From NCBI RefSeq assembly GCF_004010195.1, contig NC_057718.1, forward strand, positions 29,942,278 to 30,005,154: 62,877 bases of DNA, in the 5' to 3' direction. Under the pieces are notes generated by a model, which had not been told where the DNA came from, searched no databases, and saw nothing but the letters and a program-made list of their open reading frames with translations. Positions 12,273-24,440 of the stretch are shown in pieces. This stretch comes from Chiloscyllium plagiosum. Taxonomy: Eukaryota. Made by a program: the position numbers and the translations under genes. The number at the start of each line of letters is the position of its first letter. Positions within the stretch are counted from its first letter, which is position 1.

Positions 12273-13944
12273 AGGGTGAGACTGTCACTTGAGTGGGTGT
12301 GGGTACGAGGTGGGGAGTGATGTCACCAACAGAAATGACACTCACCATGGGGGCAGAGGTGGAAGTGATGTGACGCGTGACGTCAACGACGTCGCCGGCT
12401 GAGTTCTGGGTTTTTTTTTGGTGGGGGGGGACAGAGATTAGTAAGAATACTGAAGGGCTGGGAACTAGGACCTGGGGTGGAGTAGGAATTGCAGCGGAGA
12501 CTTTTTGGGGGAATACTAAAAACACCGCAAGGCTTGATACTTATTGTTTGAATTTATTCCATGTTATTATTGGGTCTGATTGAAAAATGTCTGACAATGT
12601 TGCTGCTGCTTTAGTGAAGTTGTGTTTCCATTCCTGATGAGCATAAGAATTCAGCAGAAATGTATACTTTATATCACAAAGTCTAATTAATTTGTTCTGA
12701 ATCTTGTTTTCCCTGTTAATCACATATGCCAGTGTTGTCCAGTTGAGAATGCTGATGAGCTACCTGTGTCACTATGGCAGTAATGTTTTAGCCACATGCC
12801 TCAGAAAATGTTTAAATAACAAGCCCCGTTGAGTCACTATGGATGAACTTGTCACCATTTGTGAATATTCGTATATTTTTATTGCATTTTAGCACTTCAC
12901 CAACAAATTCATAAAAGTTGCATATATCATGCAATATGAGCAATAAGATTCTGACCCCACCAGGATCACATTGTCTGTTACTCAATGTTTCAGTTCCTGT
13001 TCAGAAAAGAAGTGAAGCATACCTGGATTCCCATTTAGTCACTTGCTTGTGACTAATTCATTGGGTAATAGTGGCATATGTTGTTTGACCTCTGATTTCA
13101 AAGGATTTGTTTCAACAAAAGGGTAAATGTAAAACTTCCATGGGACCTAAGTATTGTTTCAGAAGTAAAGGACAAAAAGAAAATTGGAGTTAATGGTGGA
13201 TCTGTAATGTACTGTTTTTTGTAATGGCTAAGTCTATTTTGAAATTTAAACAACCAATATTAAATATCCATTTCCACTTAGAAAATGGAAATAGTTGTGA
13301 AAATTGCTAAAATATTTCTTAGAATTTTGGGAAACATTTTACACTATATAAGTCCAAAAATATGATATCCATTGATGCTTTTATGTTTTTAACTTGAGGG
13401 AAAAGTTTGTTTATTCTGTGTATTATTGAGTTATTGATATTTCTGTGTATGAATCTTACAGTACTACTTATAAATATTTAAGTGATCAGAACAAATACTG
13501 CAAACTAGGGACAATTTTGTAAACCTGTGATATCGATACTTTTGTCACAAAGCCTTGTGATACTCTGCTTAAGTAGTCCTTTATTCATTGTACATTGAAT
13601 GTGAGTTTAGCATCATATGTTGAAGTTTAATAATTATTGTGATGCAAGTGGAAAGGTTGTAAACAAAATAAACCCTCAAATAAGTATGAACAAAATTATG
13701 TTTAAGTAGCACCAGCAGGAATTAGGGGCAAATTACTAACTTTTATAATATGATTTAATATTAAGGAAGGAATTCTTGGTTTTATTTTATTTTTTTATAG
13801 TGCCTGTTAGAATGAAACTATGAAAACAGGCACATCATGTAATTACTAAAATACCTTGATTACGAATATCTCTAATCAAAAACGCTAATACAGTATGTGT
13901 ACAGAGAAGATTGCACACATACTGTATTTACTTGTACTTAAATT

Positions 13945-14760
13945 GACCATTCTTTTATTATGAAACCATTCCCTTTGGTCCTCGACTCTCCCATGAGGGG
14001 AAACATCCTCTCATCATTTCTCCTGTCAAGCCCCTTAGAATCCTAAATGTTTCAATGCCTCCCATTCTTCTGAACTCCAGCGTGTAGAGCCCCAACCTAA
14101 GCTTTGGTCATAAGACAATCCCGCCCCCCCCCCGATACCAGGGATTATACTGATAAACCTTCTGTGAACTGCCTCCAGTGAAATGTTATCTTCCTTAAAT
14201 AAGGGGACCAAATCTGCTCTCAGTACTCCAGATGATGTCACACCAGCACCTTGTATAGTTGCAGTAATATTTCCCTACTCTTATTCCAACCTCCTTGAAA
14301 TAAGGCCCAACATTCCAATACTTGATTACCTTTCTGTACCTGTGTGCTAGCTTTGTGTTTTGTACAAAAGTACCCCTAATGTACTTTGTGTAGCAGCTTT
14401 TGTAGCTACTCATGAGCAAATTCTCTATCAATGCCAATATACAACCCCCAACATCATGGACTCTTATGAACTTAACCTTTTGTGAAGTACCTTAATGTAC
14501 TTCTTTTGGATGTCCAAATACAACATGTCTACCGATTCCCCTCCATCCACTTTCATTAACAATTCGTCGACAAACTAATAAATTAGTCAGACGTGATTTC
14601 CATTTCATGAAGTCTCAGCTTGATTAGGTTATGATTTTCCAAATGCTCTCCTATTATTTCCTAATAATTGATATTGATACTTGTCCAATGATAGGTGTTC
14701 GGCTAACAGCCTATAGTTACTTGCTTTTTATCTCCCTCCCTTTTTGAATAGGGCTGGGAA
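13945..14760 (-). mobile_element. Old CR1 RT fragment
   Basis: Degenerate minus-strand similarity to the CR1 ORF2 3' half (ISLEAVHRRF..IPG). Confidence 0.65.
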
Positions 14761-15508
14761 TAGGGTAAGATACAGAGTAAAAGCTGCAAATTCTACGTGT
14801 ATTCAGTTGAGATTGTTTCTGTAGAAATACCTCCTACCAATATTGCCTGTAAGCTGCATGGCAAAGGTACATGCACGGCGATCAGTATACCAATACTGTT
14901 TACAACACTGACTTCTGGTTCTGGAAGGCACTGCTGAGTATATACTTCAGAGGCCAATGCTGAACCAAAAAAAACAGTTGGGACACAGCCTGTTACATAA
15001 TATCTGATACCTGTGAAAACCTAAGTAAAAAAAATTCATTTTAGTGCTCCAAATCATTATGACTTGGAAAAGCTGATGGGGTATTTGTGTTTTGATATTA
15101 TTTAGTATTTGTCTTTATTCTGAATACTGTTAAGGTTATTACATGTTGAAAGCAGATTATTGACTAAAAAGGTTTTTAAATTTGAAGCATTTTTAAAACC
15201 TGTTTATCAATAAATAATTCCATAAATTAGTATATAATCAACTGATAGTTTTAATATTGGCTAATGCCTTTTGAAAGTTCAGTTATTAAAAGGGTACTAC
15301 AATGCAGGCCGTTAAAACTGAAACCCTACTTATTGAATTGTACCTCTAATCTTAATACTAATTAGTATTGTTGTACAGATGTAGTTTCAAAGATATTTTA
15401 ATGCATATTTACTCACGAGAACTCCTATTGACAATTAATTTTGAGTTTGATAGTCTGAAAGAATATTATAGGCTGTTTACTCACATTGGGGTATTGAATC
15501 TTGAAAAG

Positions 15509-15757
15509 GACCCTACTGGAGCAGATCAAAGGGGAACAAGACCGGGCAAATTGCTCGAGACACTCAGACAATTGAGAATTAATCATAGGGGGAGCTATCG
15601 TCATCTAATGGAGGAGATGCTGGCTAGTTACAGGCTAGCTCAGATCCAGGGGGAAGCAAATACCACCGAACAAGCTGCTTCCAGTGCAGTAATGCCTGCT
15701 AGAGAATCAGAGACCAGGTTGCAGGCTGATGAGACTCGTCCTGACGATGTACACTGA
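15509..15757 (+). CDS. PPM1B: PPM1B alternative terminal exon, long (beta-X / isoform 1 type), 82 aa
   Basis: Acceptor tcttgaaaag|GAC is in phase 0 with exon 3134-3191. GKLLETLRQLRINHRGSYRHLMEEMLASYRLAQIQGE matches human GKLVEALRQMRINHRGNYRQLLEEMLTSYRLAKVEGE. Stop TGA at 15755-15757. Confidence 0.92.
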   Translation, partial: DPTGADQRGTRPGKLLETLRQLRINHRGSYRHLMEEMLASYRLAQIQGEANTTEQAASSAVMPARESETRLQADETRPDDVH

Positions 15758-16166
15758 ACTGATTTGAAGATGTAGTAAGAAATGAGAAACCCCTTAAAAC
15801 TTAATGATTCAAACATTGTGTATCAATTGTGTTTTAAAATTTATTACTTTGCATGAATTTGTGACCTCTGTTGCATGTCTTTTTTTAAAAAAATGTTTTG
15901 TGCTTGCGGATTAGATTTTTTGGTCAGATCACCATAACTGCCCAAGCAGTGACAGTTAATTTTTAATACCTATTTGTAGCATGTCAGTTTTTTGGTTGTA
16001 AAAATGTAAACACATTAAATGCATGATTCAGAACAGATACTATGATATTGATAAATCCATCATGCTTATTGTAAATGTCAGTTATTTGTAAACAATGACT
16101 ATGGGCATGCTTTTGCTTTTTTGCAGTATTCAGCCAGAGAGGGGATTTGTCTTTTTTTGAATGTGT

Positions 16167-16683
16167 AATAAAGCTTTATACCATGTCTGGACCACTGTTT
16201 AACTTGCAGTTATTACATGCTAATATGGGTATTCTTTCTTCAATACAATAAATATCCAAAGTAAAACGTGAAACCAGATATTGTGTTTTACGTTTGATAA
16301 ATGGCTGAGGATGCACTGCTATTTCATTTTTAAGATGTAAACTGCAGGCAATGACTACAAATTTGTGCATTTCAGTACATTGCAGTTGCAATTTTTATAA
16401 ACCCATTTTAAGTAAGTGCACCGTTTTACACACATTTCTGATTTTAATGCAAACATTTACATGTATGTTGCTGTTTCTTTGATTATCTTGCTTTAAAATA
16501 ATCAAAGCTGTCAGATTGTTTAGGAAATAACCTAGACTATATGCACAGCTATGTATTGTTTGAGACTGCACAGACTCTCTGAGCTAATGCACAACTAACT
16601 TCAAGAAATTATTTTGGCTAATTTCTTTTAGATTAAACCAGGCTCGTTATTTTACAAGGTAGTAGTTGATTATTTTCAATAAA
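16167..16683 (+). terminator. Candidate poly(A) signals for the long PPM1B isoform (AATAAA at 16167-16172 and 16678-16683)
   Basis: Canonical hexamers in repeat-free AT-rich sequence downstream of the stop; actual use unknown. Confidence 0.4.
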
Positions 16684-16864
16684 GATTTGATTAAATGTTT
16701 TTCAAAGTTGTAGACTATAAATTTTTTTTGTGACGGTGTGTGAAAATATGGGTAATGGTTGAGAAATTGGGTGTGCAAGCAGAACAGCATATTTCATCTA
16801 AAAAAATGAAAGACACAAATTTCTAAAATATGTGCCTTTTTAAAAAAATTCCTATATATCGAAT

Positions 16865-19800
16865 AGTTTAGGTTGTAAGTTTGCATGCTGAACTGGTAGA
16901 TTTATTCTCCGACGTTTCGTCACCATGTTAGGTAACATCATTAGTGAGCCTTCGATGAAGCGCCAGTGTTCTGCCCCGCTTGTTATTTATGTCTTGGTCT
17001 GTTGTGGTGGGTGATATCACTTCCAGTTCTTTTTCTGAGAGGTTGGTAAATGGGTTCCAAATCGAAATGTTTGTTAATGGTGTTCCAGTTTGAATGCCAG
17101 GTCTTTAGGAATTCTGGTGCGTTTCTTTGTTTACCTGTCCCAGGATGGATATATTGTCCCATCAAATGGGTGTCCCTCTTCACCTGTGTATGGATACTAG
17201 TGATAGTTGGTCATGTCTTTGTGTAGCTATTTGGTGCTCATGTATCCTGGTGGCTAGTTTTCTGCCCATCTGTCCAATGTAATGTTTGTCGCAGTCTTTG
17301 CAGGGTATTTTGTATATTGAGTCATAGAGATGTACAGCACAGAAACAGGCCCTTCGTTCCAACTTGTCCAGGCCAACCAGATATCCCAACCCAATCTAGT
17401 CCCACCTGCCAGCACCAGGTCCATATCCCTCCAAACCCTTACTATACATATACCCATCCAAATGCCTCTTAAATTTGCAATTGTACCAGCCTCCTCCACT
17501 TCCTCTGGCAGCTCATTCCATACACATACCACCCTATGTGTGAAGAGTCACCCCTTAGGTCTCTTTTATATCTTTCCCCTCTCACCTTAAACCTATGCCC
17601 TCTAGTTCTGGACTCCCCCACCAGGGAAAAGACTGTCTATTTATCCTATCCATGACCCTCATGATTTTATAAACATGTATAAGATCACCCCTCAGCCTCC
17701 GACATTCCAAAAACAAACAGCCCCAGCCTATTCAGCCTCGCCCAATAACTCAAATCCTCCAACCCTGGCAACATCCTTGTAAATCTTTTCTGAACCCTAT
17801 CAAGTTTCACAACATTCTTCCAATAGGAAGGAGACCATAATTGCACGCAATATTCCAAAGATGGCTTAACCAATGTCCTGCAATGTGCTGCAACTTGACT
17901 TCCTAACTCCTGTACTCAATACTCTGACCAATAAAGGAAAGCATACGAAATGTCGTCTTCACTATTCTACCTACCTGTAAGTCCACTTTCAAGAACTTAT
18001 GAACCTGCACTCCAAGGACTCTTTGTTCAGTAACACTCCCCAGGACCTTACCATTAAGTGTATAAGTCTGACTAAGATTTGCTTTCTCAAAATTCAGCAC
18101 CTCGCATTTATCTGAATTAAACTCCATCTGTCACTTCTCAGCCCATTGGCCCATCTGATCGAGATCCCGTTGTAATCTGAGGTAACCTCCTTTGCTGTCC
18201 ACTACTCCTCCAATTTTGGTGTCATCTGCAAATTTACTAACTGTACCTCTTATGCTCGCATCCAAATCATTTATGTAAATGACAAAAATTAGAGGGCCCA
18301 GCACTGATCCTTGTGGCACTCCACTGGTCACAGGCCTCCAGTCTGAAAAACAACCCTCCACCACCACCCTCTGTCTTCTACCTTTGAGCCAGTTCTGTAT
18401 CCAAATGGCTAGTTCTCCCTGTATTCCATGAGATCTAACCTTGCTAACCAGTCTCCCATGGGCTTCCTTGTCGAACGCCTTACTGAAGTTCATTTAGATG
18501 GCGTCAACCACTCTGCCCTCATCAATCCTCTTTATTACTTCTTCAGAAAACTTAATCAAGTTTGTGAGACATGATTTCCCATACACAAAGCCATGTTGAC
18601 TATCCCCTAATCAGTCTTTGCCTTTCCAAATACATGTAAATTCTGTCCCTCAGGATTCCCTCCAACAACTTGCCCACTACCGATGTCAGGCTCACTGATC
18701 TATAATTCCATGGCTTGTTCTTACCATTCTTCTTAAACAGTGGCACCACATTAGCCAATCTCCAGTCTTCCGGCACTTGACCTGTGACTATCGATGATCC
18801 AAATATCTCAGCAACTGGCCCAGCAGTCACTTACCTAGAGTTCTTAGGTACACCTGATCAGGTCCTGGGGATTTAATTACTTTATGCATTTCAAGACATC
18901 CAGCACTTCCTCCTCTGTAATATGGACATTTTCCAAGATGTCACCATCTATTTCCCTACATTCTATATCTTCCATGTCCTTTTCCACAGTAATTACTGAT
19001 GCAAAATACTCATTTACTATCTCCCCCATCTCTTGTGGCTGCACACAAAGGCCGTCTTGCCGATCTCTGAGAGACCCTATTCTCCCCCTAGTTACCCTTT
19101 TGTCCTTAATGTAGTTGTAAAAACCCTTTGGATTCTCCTTAATTCTATTTGCCAAAGCTATCTCATGTCCCCTTTTTGCCCTCCTGATTTCCCTCTTAAG
19201 TATACTCCTGCCTTTACACTCTTCTAAGGATTCACTCGATCTATCCTGTCTATACCTGACATGTGCTTCCTTATTTTTCTTAACCAAAACCCTCAATTTC
19301 TTTAGTCATCCAGCATTTTCCATACCTACCAGCCTTTCTGTTCACCCTAACAGTTTATGATCATTCAGCTGGTTGTTGGTACGGGGTCCTTTAAATTCAT
19401 CAGTAGCTGTTTTAGTGTGTTGGTATGTTTGTGGGCTACCATGATGCTGAGGGGCCGGAGTAATCTGGTCGTCAGCCCCAAGATGTCTTTACTTAATGGC
19501 AGTGTGCCTAGAGTCTCTGGGCGTGTTCTGTCGTCTTGTTTATGTCTGTTGCACAGGAATTGGTGGACTGCGCATATCAGGTACCCATTGTTCCTGAATA
19601 CGTTGTGTAGGTGTTTTTTCTTTGCTTCTCATAGTTCCTGGGTGCTGCAGTGTGTTGTAGCTTGTTTAAATAATGTTCTGATGCAGCTTCGTTTGTGGGT
19701 ATTGGGATGATTGCTCCTCTAGTTGAGTATCTGGTCAGTGTGCATAGTTTTCCTGTAGATGCTCTCCATTGGCTTTCGTTCTACTGTGCAGTCTCAGAAG

Positions 19801-20922
19801 GGGAGTCTTGTTGTTCTCTTCCTCTTTGGTGAATTTTATACTGTAAGGATGCTGTTGTTTTTGTTTGTGGGTTTCTTCTAATTTGTTGCTTTTTGTAATG
19901 GCAAAGGTGTCATCCACATTGCGGATCGTGGGAAGGGCTGTTCGTTCTAACCTCTGCATAACTGCTGCTGCTAAGAGTTTGGATATTGGTGATACAATAG
20001 GTGTCCCATTGATTTATTTGTAGTTGAAGGTGAAGTGGGTTCTGAGGCACAGGTCTCCAAGTTTGAGGATTCTGTCCTTGCTGATGTTTGTGTCCTTGGT
20101 CAAACAGCAGAGTGAGGTCAGTGTTTCTCTGGCTCGGGTGATGTTTATTGACTTAAATAGGGCAGTCACGTCGAAGGAAACCATGGCCGCCTCATCCTCT
20201 ACCTTGGTGTCTTTGATGTTGAGGAGTTTCTGGGTGGAGTGGCTCGAGTCTTCTGCGTGTTTCTGTTTGCATTGATGTCCCTTAGCTTGCCTGTATGTCG
20301 GTGTACTGGGAAGTAAGACTATGGGTCTGAGAGGGGCCCCTTGTTTATTTACCTTTTTGGTAATCTGTTGAAATGGGATGTGTTGGATCCTTTGGGTTTC
20401 ATTGTTTAAACATCTGTCTTGTTAATTTCATCTGTCTTATGAAGTTTCTTCTGGGTATGCTGTAATACGGTTTTCTAGTTGTGGAGTCAGGTCCATCGCC
20501 ACCTCTTGGTATCTGCGAGTAGTGTGTTTGCTTTTTCAATATATTGTGTTCTGTTCAGGATGACAGTCATGCGCCTGTCTGCTGGTAGGATTATGATAGT
20601 TCTCTCTCTTCTGAGTCCTTTCAGGGTTTTCCTTTCCAGTGTTTTGAGGGTGTTCTCTTCTTTCTGTTTTGTGATGATGCTACAGTCTGTTTAATGGCTT
20701 ACTGGATTTCTTCCCTAAGTGCGTTGTCTTTCAGGGTGGATTCATTGCTGCTCGGAAGTCCTTTTTGTCTGCATCCCTCCTACTAGGACGGCCTTTTTCT
20801 GTGTCTGTGTCAGTGTCAACAGGTTCTTTATCCAAGTCTCTGTGTTATTGCTGTGTGAGATCTTGGCCAGTTTTTCTTGTAGGGTTAGTCTTTATCTTGG
20901 TCTGCTGTTGTTTAGTGTTGAT
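16865..20922 (-). mobile_element. Poseidon-type Penelope-like element, degenerate, split by a CR1 at 17319-19352
   Basis: GIY-YIG IYKIPCKDCDKHYIGQMGRKLATRIHEH and RT VDDTFAI / IKFTKEEENN. pLTR with a mutated hammerhead at 16905-16950. Confidence 0.9.
17319..19352 (-). mobile_element. 5'-truncated CR1 (HER1-like) LINE nested in the Poseidon PLE
   Basis: Contains WRLANVVPLFKK, FSKAFDK, GVPQGSVLGP, KFADDTK, YCVQLWSP. Tail ...tgtacatctctatgactc. The PLE frame resumes on both sides. Confidence 0.95.
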
Positions 20923-21430
20923 GGTCACCAGGATGCATGAGCACCAACTAGCCACAAAAAGCCATGATCAACTATCACTAGTAACCATACACAAAAAAAA
21001 GAGGGACACCAATTTGATTGGGACAGTCTAAACTAAGGCATGCACAAGAATTCCTAGAGGCCTGGCATTCAAACCGGAACTCTTTTAACAAACCAGCTTT
21101 GACAAAGGGTCAGTTCGATTCAAAACGTCAGCTCTTTTCTCTCCTTACAGATGCTGCCAGACCTGCTGAGATTTTCCAGCATTTTCTCTTTTAGTTTCCG
21201 TTACCAAACATATTGATTTGGAACCCATTTACCAACTTTTCAGAAAAAGAAATGGAAGTGATATCACCCACCACAACAGACCAAGACGCACAAATAGCAA
21301 GCGGGACAGAACACTAGCGCTTCATTAAAGGCTCACTGATGATGTTACCTAGCATGGTGACGAAACATCTCCGTGGGCAAACTTACAACCTGATCCACAA
21401 TCTGAGCTTTAAGTCTTCACCAAAATCGCC
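20923..21430 (+). mobile_element. Inverted 3' portion/pLTR of the same Poseidon PLE, containing a nested PLE-end fragment at about 21094-21197
   Basis: Reverse complement of 16865-17255 (RMHEHQLAT..HDQLSLV). Hammerhead motif CTGATGA-T-GTTACC-TAGCAT-GGTGAC-GAAA-CA-TC at 21336-21369. Confidence 0.85.
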
Positions 21431-22535
21431 TTTTGATTAGTGGTTGAATGTAATGAAAATGTAATGGAGATACCTGCCCCCCGAGAATTGATGTATTCAT
21501 TCAACTTTTCATTGTGGCAAACAGGACTTGCTTTAAAAAGACTCCACCTTAAACTTCAATTTACACATATCAGCTATATGCTGGCCTCAAGTTCGAAATG
21601 ATGTGTATGAGTACCATTATTTGTTTTTAATGTTCTACAGAAATTGCAGGGAAAAGGAACTTGCTAGTGGGGACTGTGCAAGTCAAGACATCATATTGCA
21701 AGCATACGATAATGTCAGCATACAAATCATCAAACGTATAGCAAGCTTGAGCACACTTGATCTAGAGACTATTTATTGAAAAATTGAAACCTATATCGTG
21801 GAAAACTTACCTATAATTTAGTTACATTGTAAATCATTTCTGTGTCATTCCTGTGTGTGAAATATTATGTTATATATAAACTTTAAACCGTACTAATTCA
21901 TAATTTAAAAGAAATGCTCATTGGGTTAATATTTTTCATGCTTTCTACCTCCTGCCATAGATTTAATCTTTCCTTTTCTTGCAATTAACAAGTTTTTGCC
22001 CATGCAAGTGAAAGATATCAGAAATTGATGAAGAACAAAGCTAACTCAAGATGTAGTGTCATATAATTCAAAATTAGATTAATTTGGTAATTGTTATAAA
22101 ATTTCTTCTGGGAACCATTTTATGACCCTTATTTATATTGAAAGATCACATAGTACAATTAATTGTATATTTGTAGATAAGCACATTAGAACTCTTGAAA
22201 AGTTTCAAAAAAGGTATTTTACAGTATTTGTATTGTTGCTGGTAATCACGTTTCAATTAGGCTTGAGTAAACGTTGAATTTTAACTACCTTTTTCTCTAG
22301 TTATTATTTGCTTAAGAATCCAGCCAACATGTTATAAAGGGTAGGTGTTAAATGATGTGTATTCATATATAAGACACCATTTATCACTTGGTGCTAAGCT
22401 ATTCCAATTTTTAAAAGTAATGTAAACCCCTTTCTTTCTTTTTTATTTGAAATATTCAACAGGTAGGGCATCAGAAAAACTTCTGAACATGTCATGGAGA
22501 TTGCAAATGTAATAGTATTATTTTGTTTCTCACAG

Positions 22536-22565
22536 GGTTCCGCAGATCTTGAAGACCCCTGGTAG
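22536..22565 (+). CDS. PPM1B: PPM1B alternative short terminal exon: GSADLEDPW*
   Basis: Acceptor ttttgtttctcacag|GGT, phase 0. Matches the human PPM1B isoform 2 C-terminus GAGDLEDPW. Stop TAG at 22563-22565. Confidence 0.93.
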   Translation, partial: GSADLEDPW

Positions 22566-24440
22566 TTAAATAGGCTAGAATCGCTAAGAATTTCCTGGTT
22601 TGAAATATGGAAGAAACCTTCGTTCACACACCTTTTATTTACTACAAGGGAAATTAAAAATCCAAAGGATCTTCTTTTAAAGTCATTTTGTCATAAGGGC
22701 AGGAGGAGCTTAATTGTTAGAATTATACACCATTTGTTCATTTCTTTTTGCATATTCTAATATTGCCACTCTTGCGCATCTTCCTGTAAAACAGTATTTT
22801 GTTGACTGCCTCAGACATACTGATTGCATCTGTACCCAACTTGTTGCCTGACAGAATGGTGATGCTGTTAGGAGGTGTAATAAAGTACCTGAGGTGCATG
22901 GATTTCTAGTTTCATTTGGAAGATGCACTAAGTACTGTTAATTTAAATCTAACTCACCGGACATGAGCATGTACAAATTGCTGTATAAGGCATTACTTGA
23001 TTGCAAGGTTCAAGGTTGAGAGCTTCTGCACCTATCTCAGGCCCAGAGGGAACATGCAGTAAGCAGAATGCTGTAGAAATTTATTTTGTGTAATTCTTCA
23101 CTTCAATTTCTGCTGTACTACCAAATACTCAGTTTTCTCTGCTGTCAGATATGCAGTATATGTTGTCTACGGCTTGCTTGAAGATAACATTGCATTTGGC
23201 AATAAATATAGCAAATGTATGGTAAAGTTCCCTTATGATTTTCAAGCATGTGTAGATTATAAGCTCTTGCTAAGCGGAACCTCTGGACAAAAATGAATAG
23301 ATTAATTTATGCTTCTATGTCAATTGTCATTTGCTTTAAGCATCCCACTCATTATTGCAGAAGTTGAAAATATTGCTATAAAATTTGCCTTTCTCACATA
23401 CTGTAAATCGTGATTTTGTTCTACATGTGGTTTTCTATTAGTATCATTGATTTGCAGCAGAAATAAAGAGACAGCCTTGTGTAAACTTGGGGTATAGTTT
23501 TGCAAAAGAGTTGTTTGCATTAACAATTTCAAAACTAGAGATCACATAGATTTATAAATGCAATTTAAAATATTCTATTGTGAATTTAAGCTTTACAGAA
23601 TTTTTAAAATTTTTGTTCAGTGATTTTTTTTTTCTTCATTCATTGTGGAATGGGCATGGTACAGAGTGGCTGTCTTTTAAGGTACTTGAAAATTCTTAGT
23701 TTGATTTGTATTTCTGCAATAACATGATTTTACTGAGTATGTTTGAGTTATGCATGTATTAAAGTTTAAGTTTAAGTTAATGGTTGAGGGGAAGGGGATT
23801 TGAGCAGCATTGAGAGCAGAGAAAGCAATGAATGTATCCACTTGTACACAATACACATGCTATGGATGCCTTTTAAGATTTAAATAATGCAGCTTGTCTG
23901 TTAATGGTGTATTGTAGACAATGTTCATTGCCCTTATACATGATTGAAACATACTAATGAGTGATGCTGATTTGAATTTGTATAAAATTGAGTTCATTTG
24001 TATTTCTCTCTAACTTTGTTTTTTCCCCTCATTTAAGTCTTTAAGCTGGAAAGCTGCCTGTTACCATACACCCTTGAACACTGGTGCCTACAACCAGCTT
24101 CCCCAATCGTTTGGTTCATTGTGTAGGTATGATTCTTGGCTTAGAGAGTATGATTATTGCCAGTGTTTTTATTTATTCACTAGATTTTAGCTACAACAAT
24201 GAAAATGTCCTGAAGAAGATGATGTTAACAGGTGTTTTGACCCTTTGTTGAGATTATGGGGTTGTTTTAGGATAGGGATGAAGAGTGCACAAGTGGTTTC
24301 TTACTTGCCACGGTCTGTCCACTCTGGTCCTTCCCTGTACTGACTATAGTATATTCCCTGTATGATATTTGTGATGTTTCATACAATACAGTGATCATAA
24401 CCACCTTGTTATCTTCAATAAAGGATTGCTAAATGCATTG
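22566..24440 (+). other. PPM1B: Probable 3' UTR of the short PPM1B isoform; AATAAA at 24417-24422
   Basis: TE-free AT-rich stretch after the stop; the hexamer is followed by GT/T-rich sequence. Confidence 0.5.

Noticed and set aside
15368..15508. N-terminal part of the 129-aa ORF
   Set aside because: It lies upstream of the AG acceptor at 15507-15508; it is intronic open frame with no PPM1B similarity.
16127..16168. Extra terminal exon YSAREGICLFLNV*
   Set aside because: The acceptor-like tract lies in the likely 3' UTR next to an AATAAA, and there is no homology support.
3134..22565. Assignment to PPM1A
   Set aside because: PPM1A ends NPYKNDDT-DSTSTDDMW; the NPHR..DG, DLEDPW and INHRG exons are PPM1B-type.
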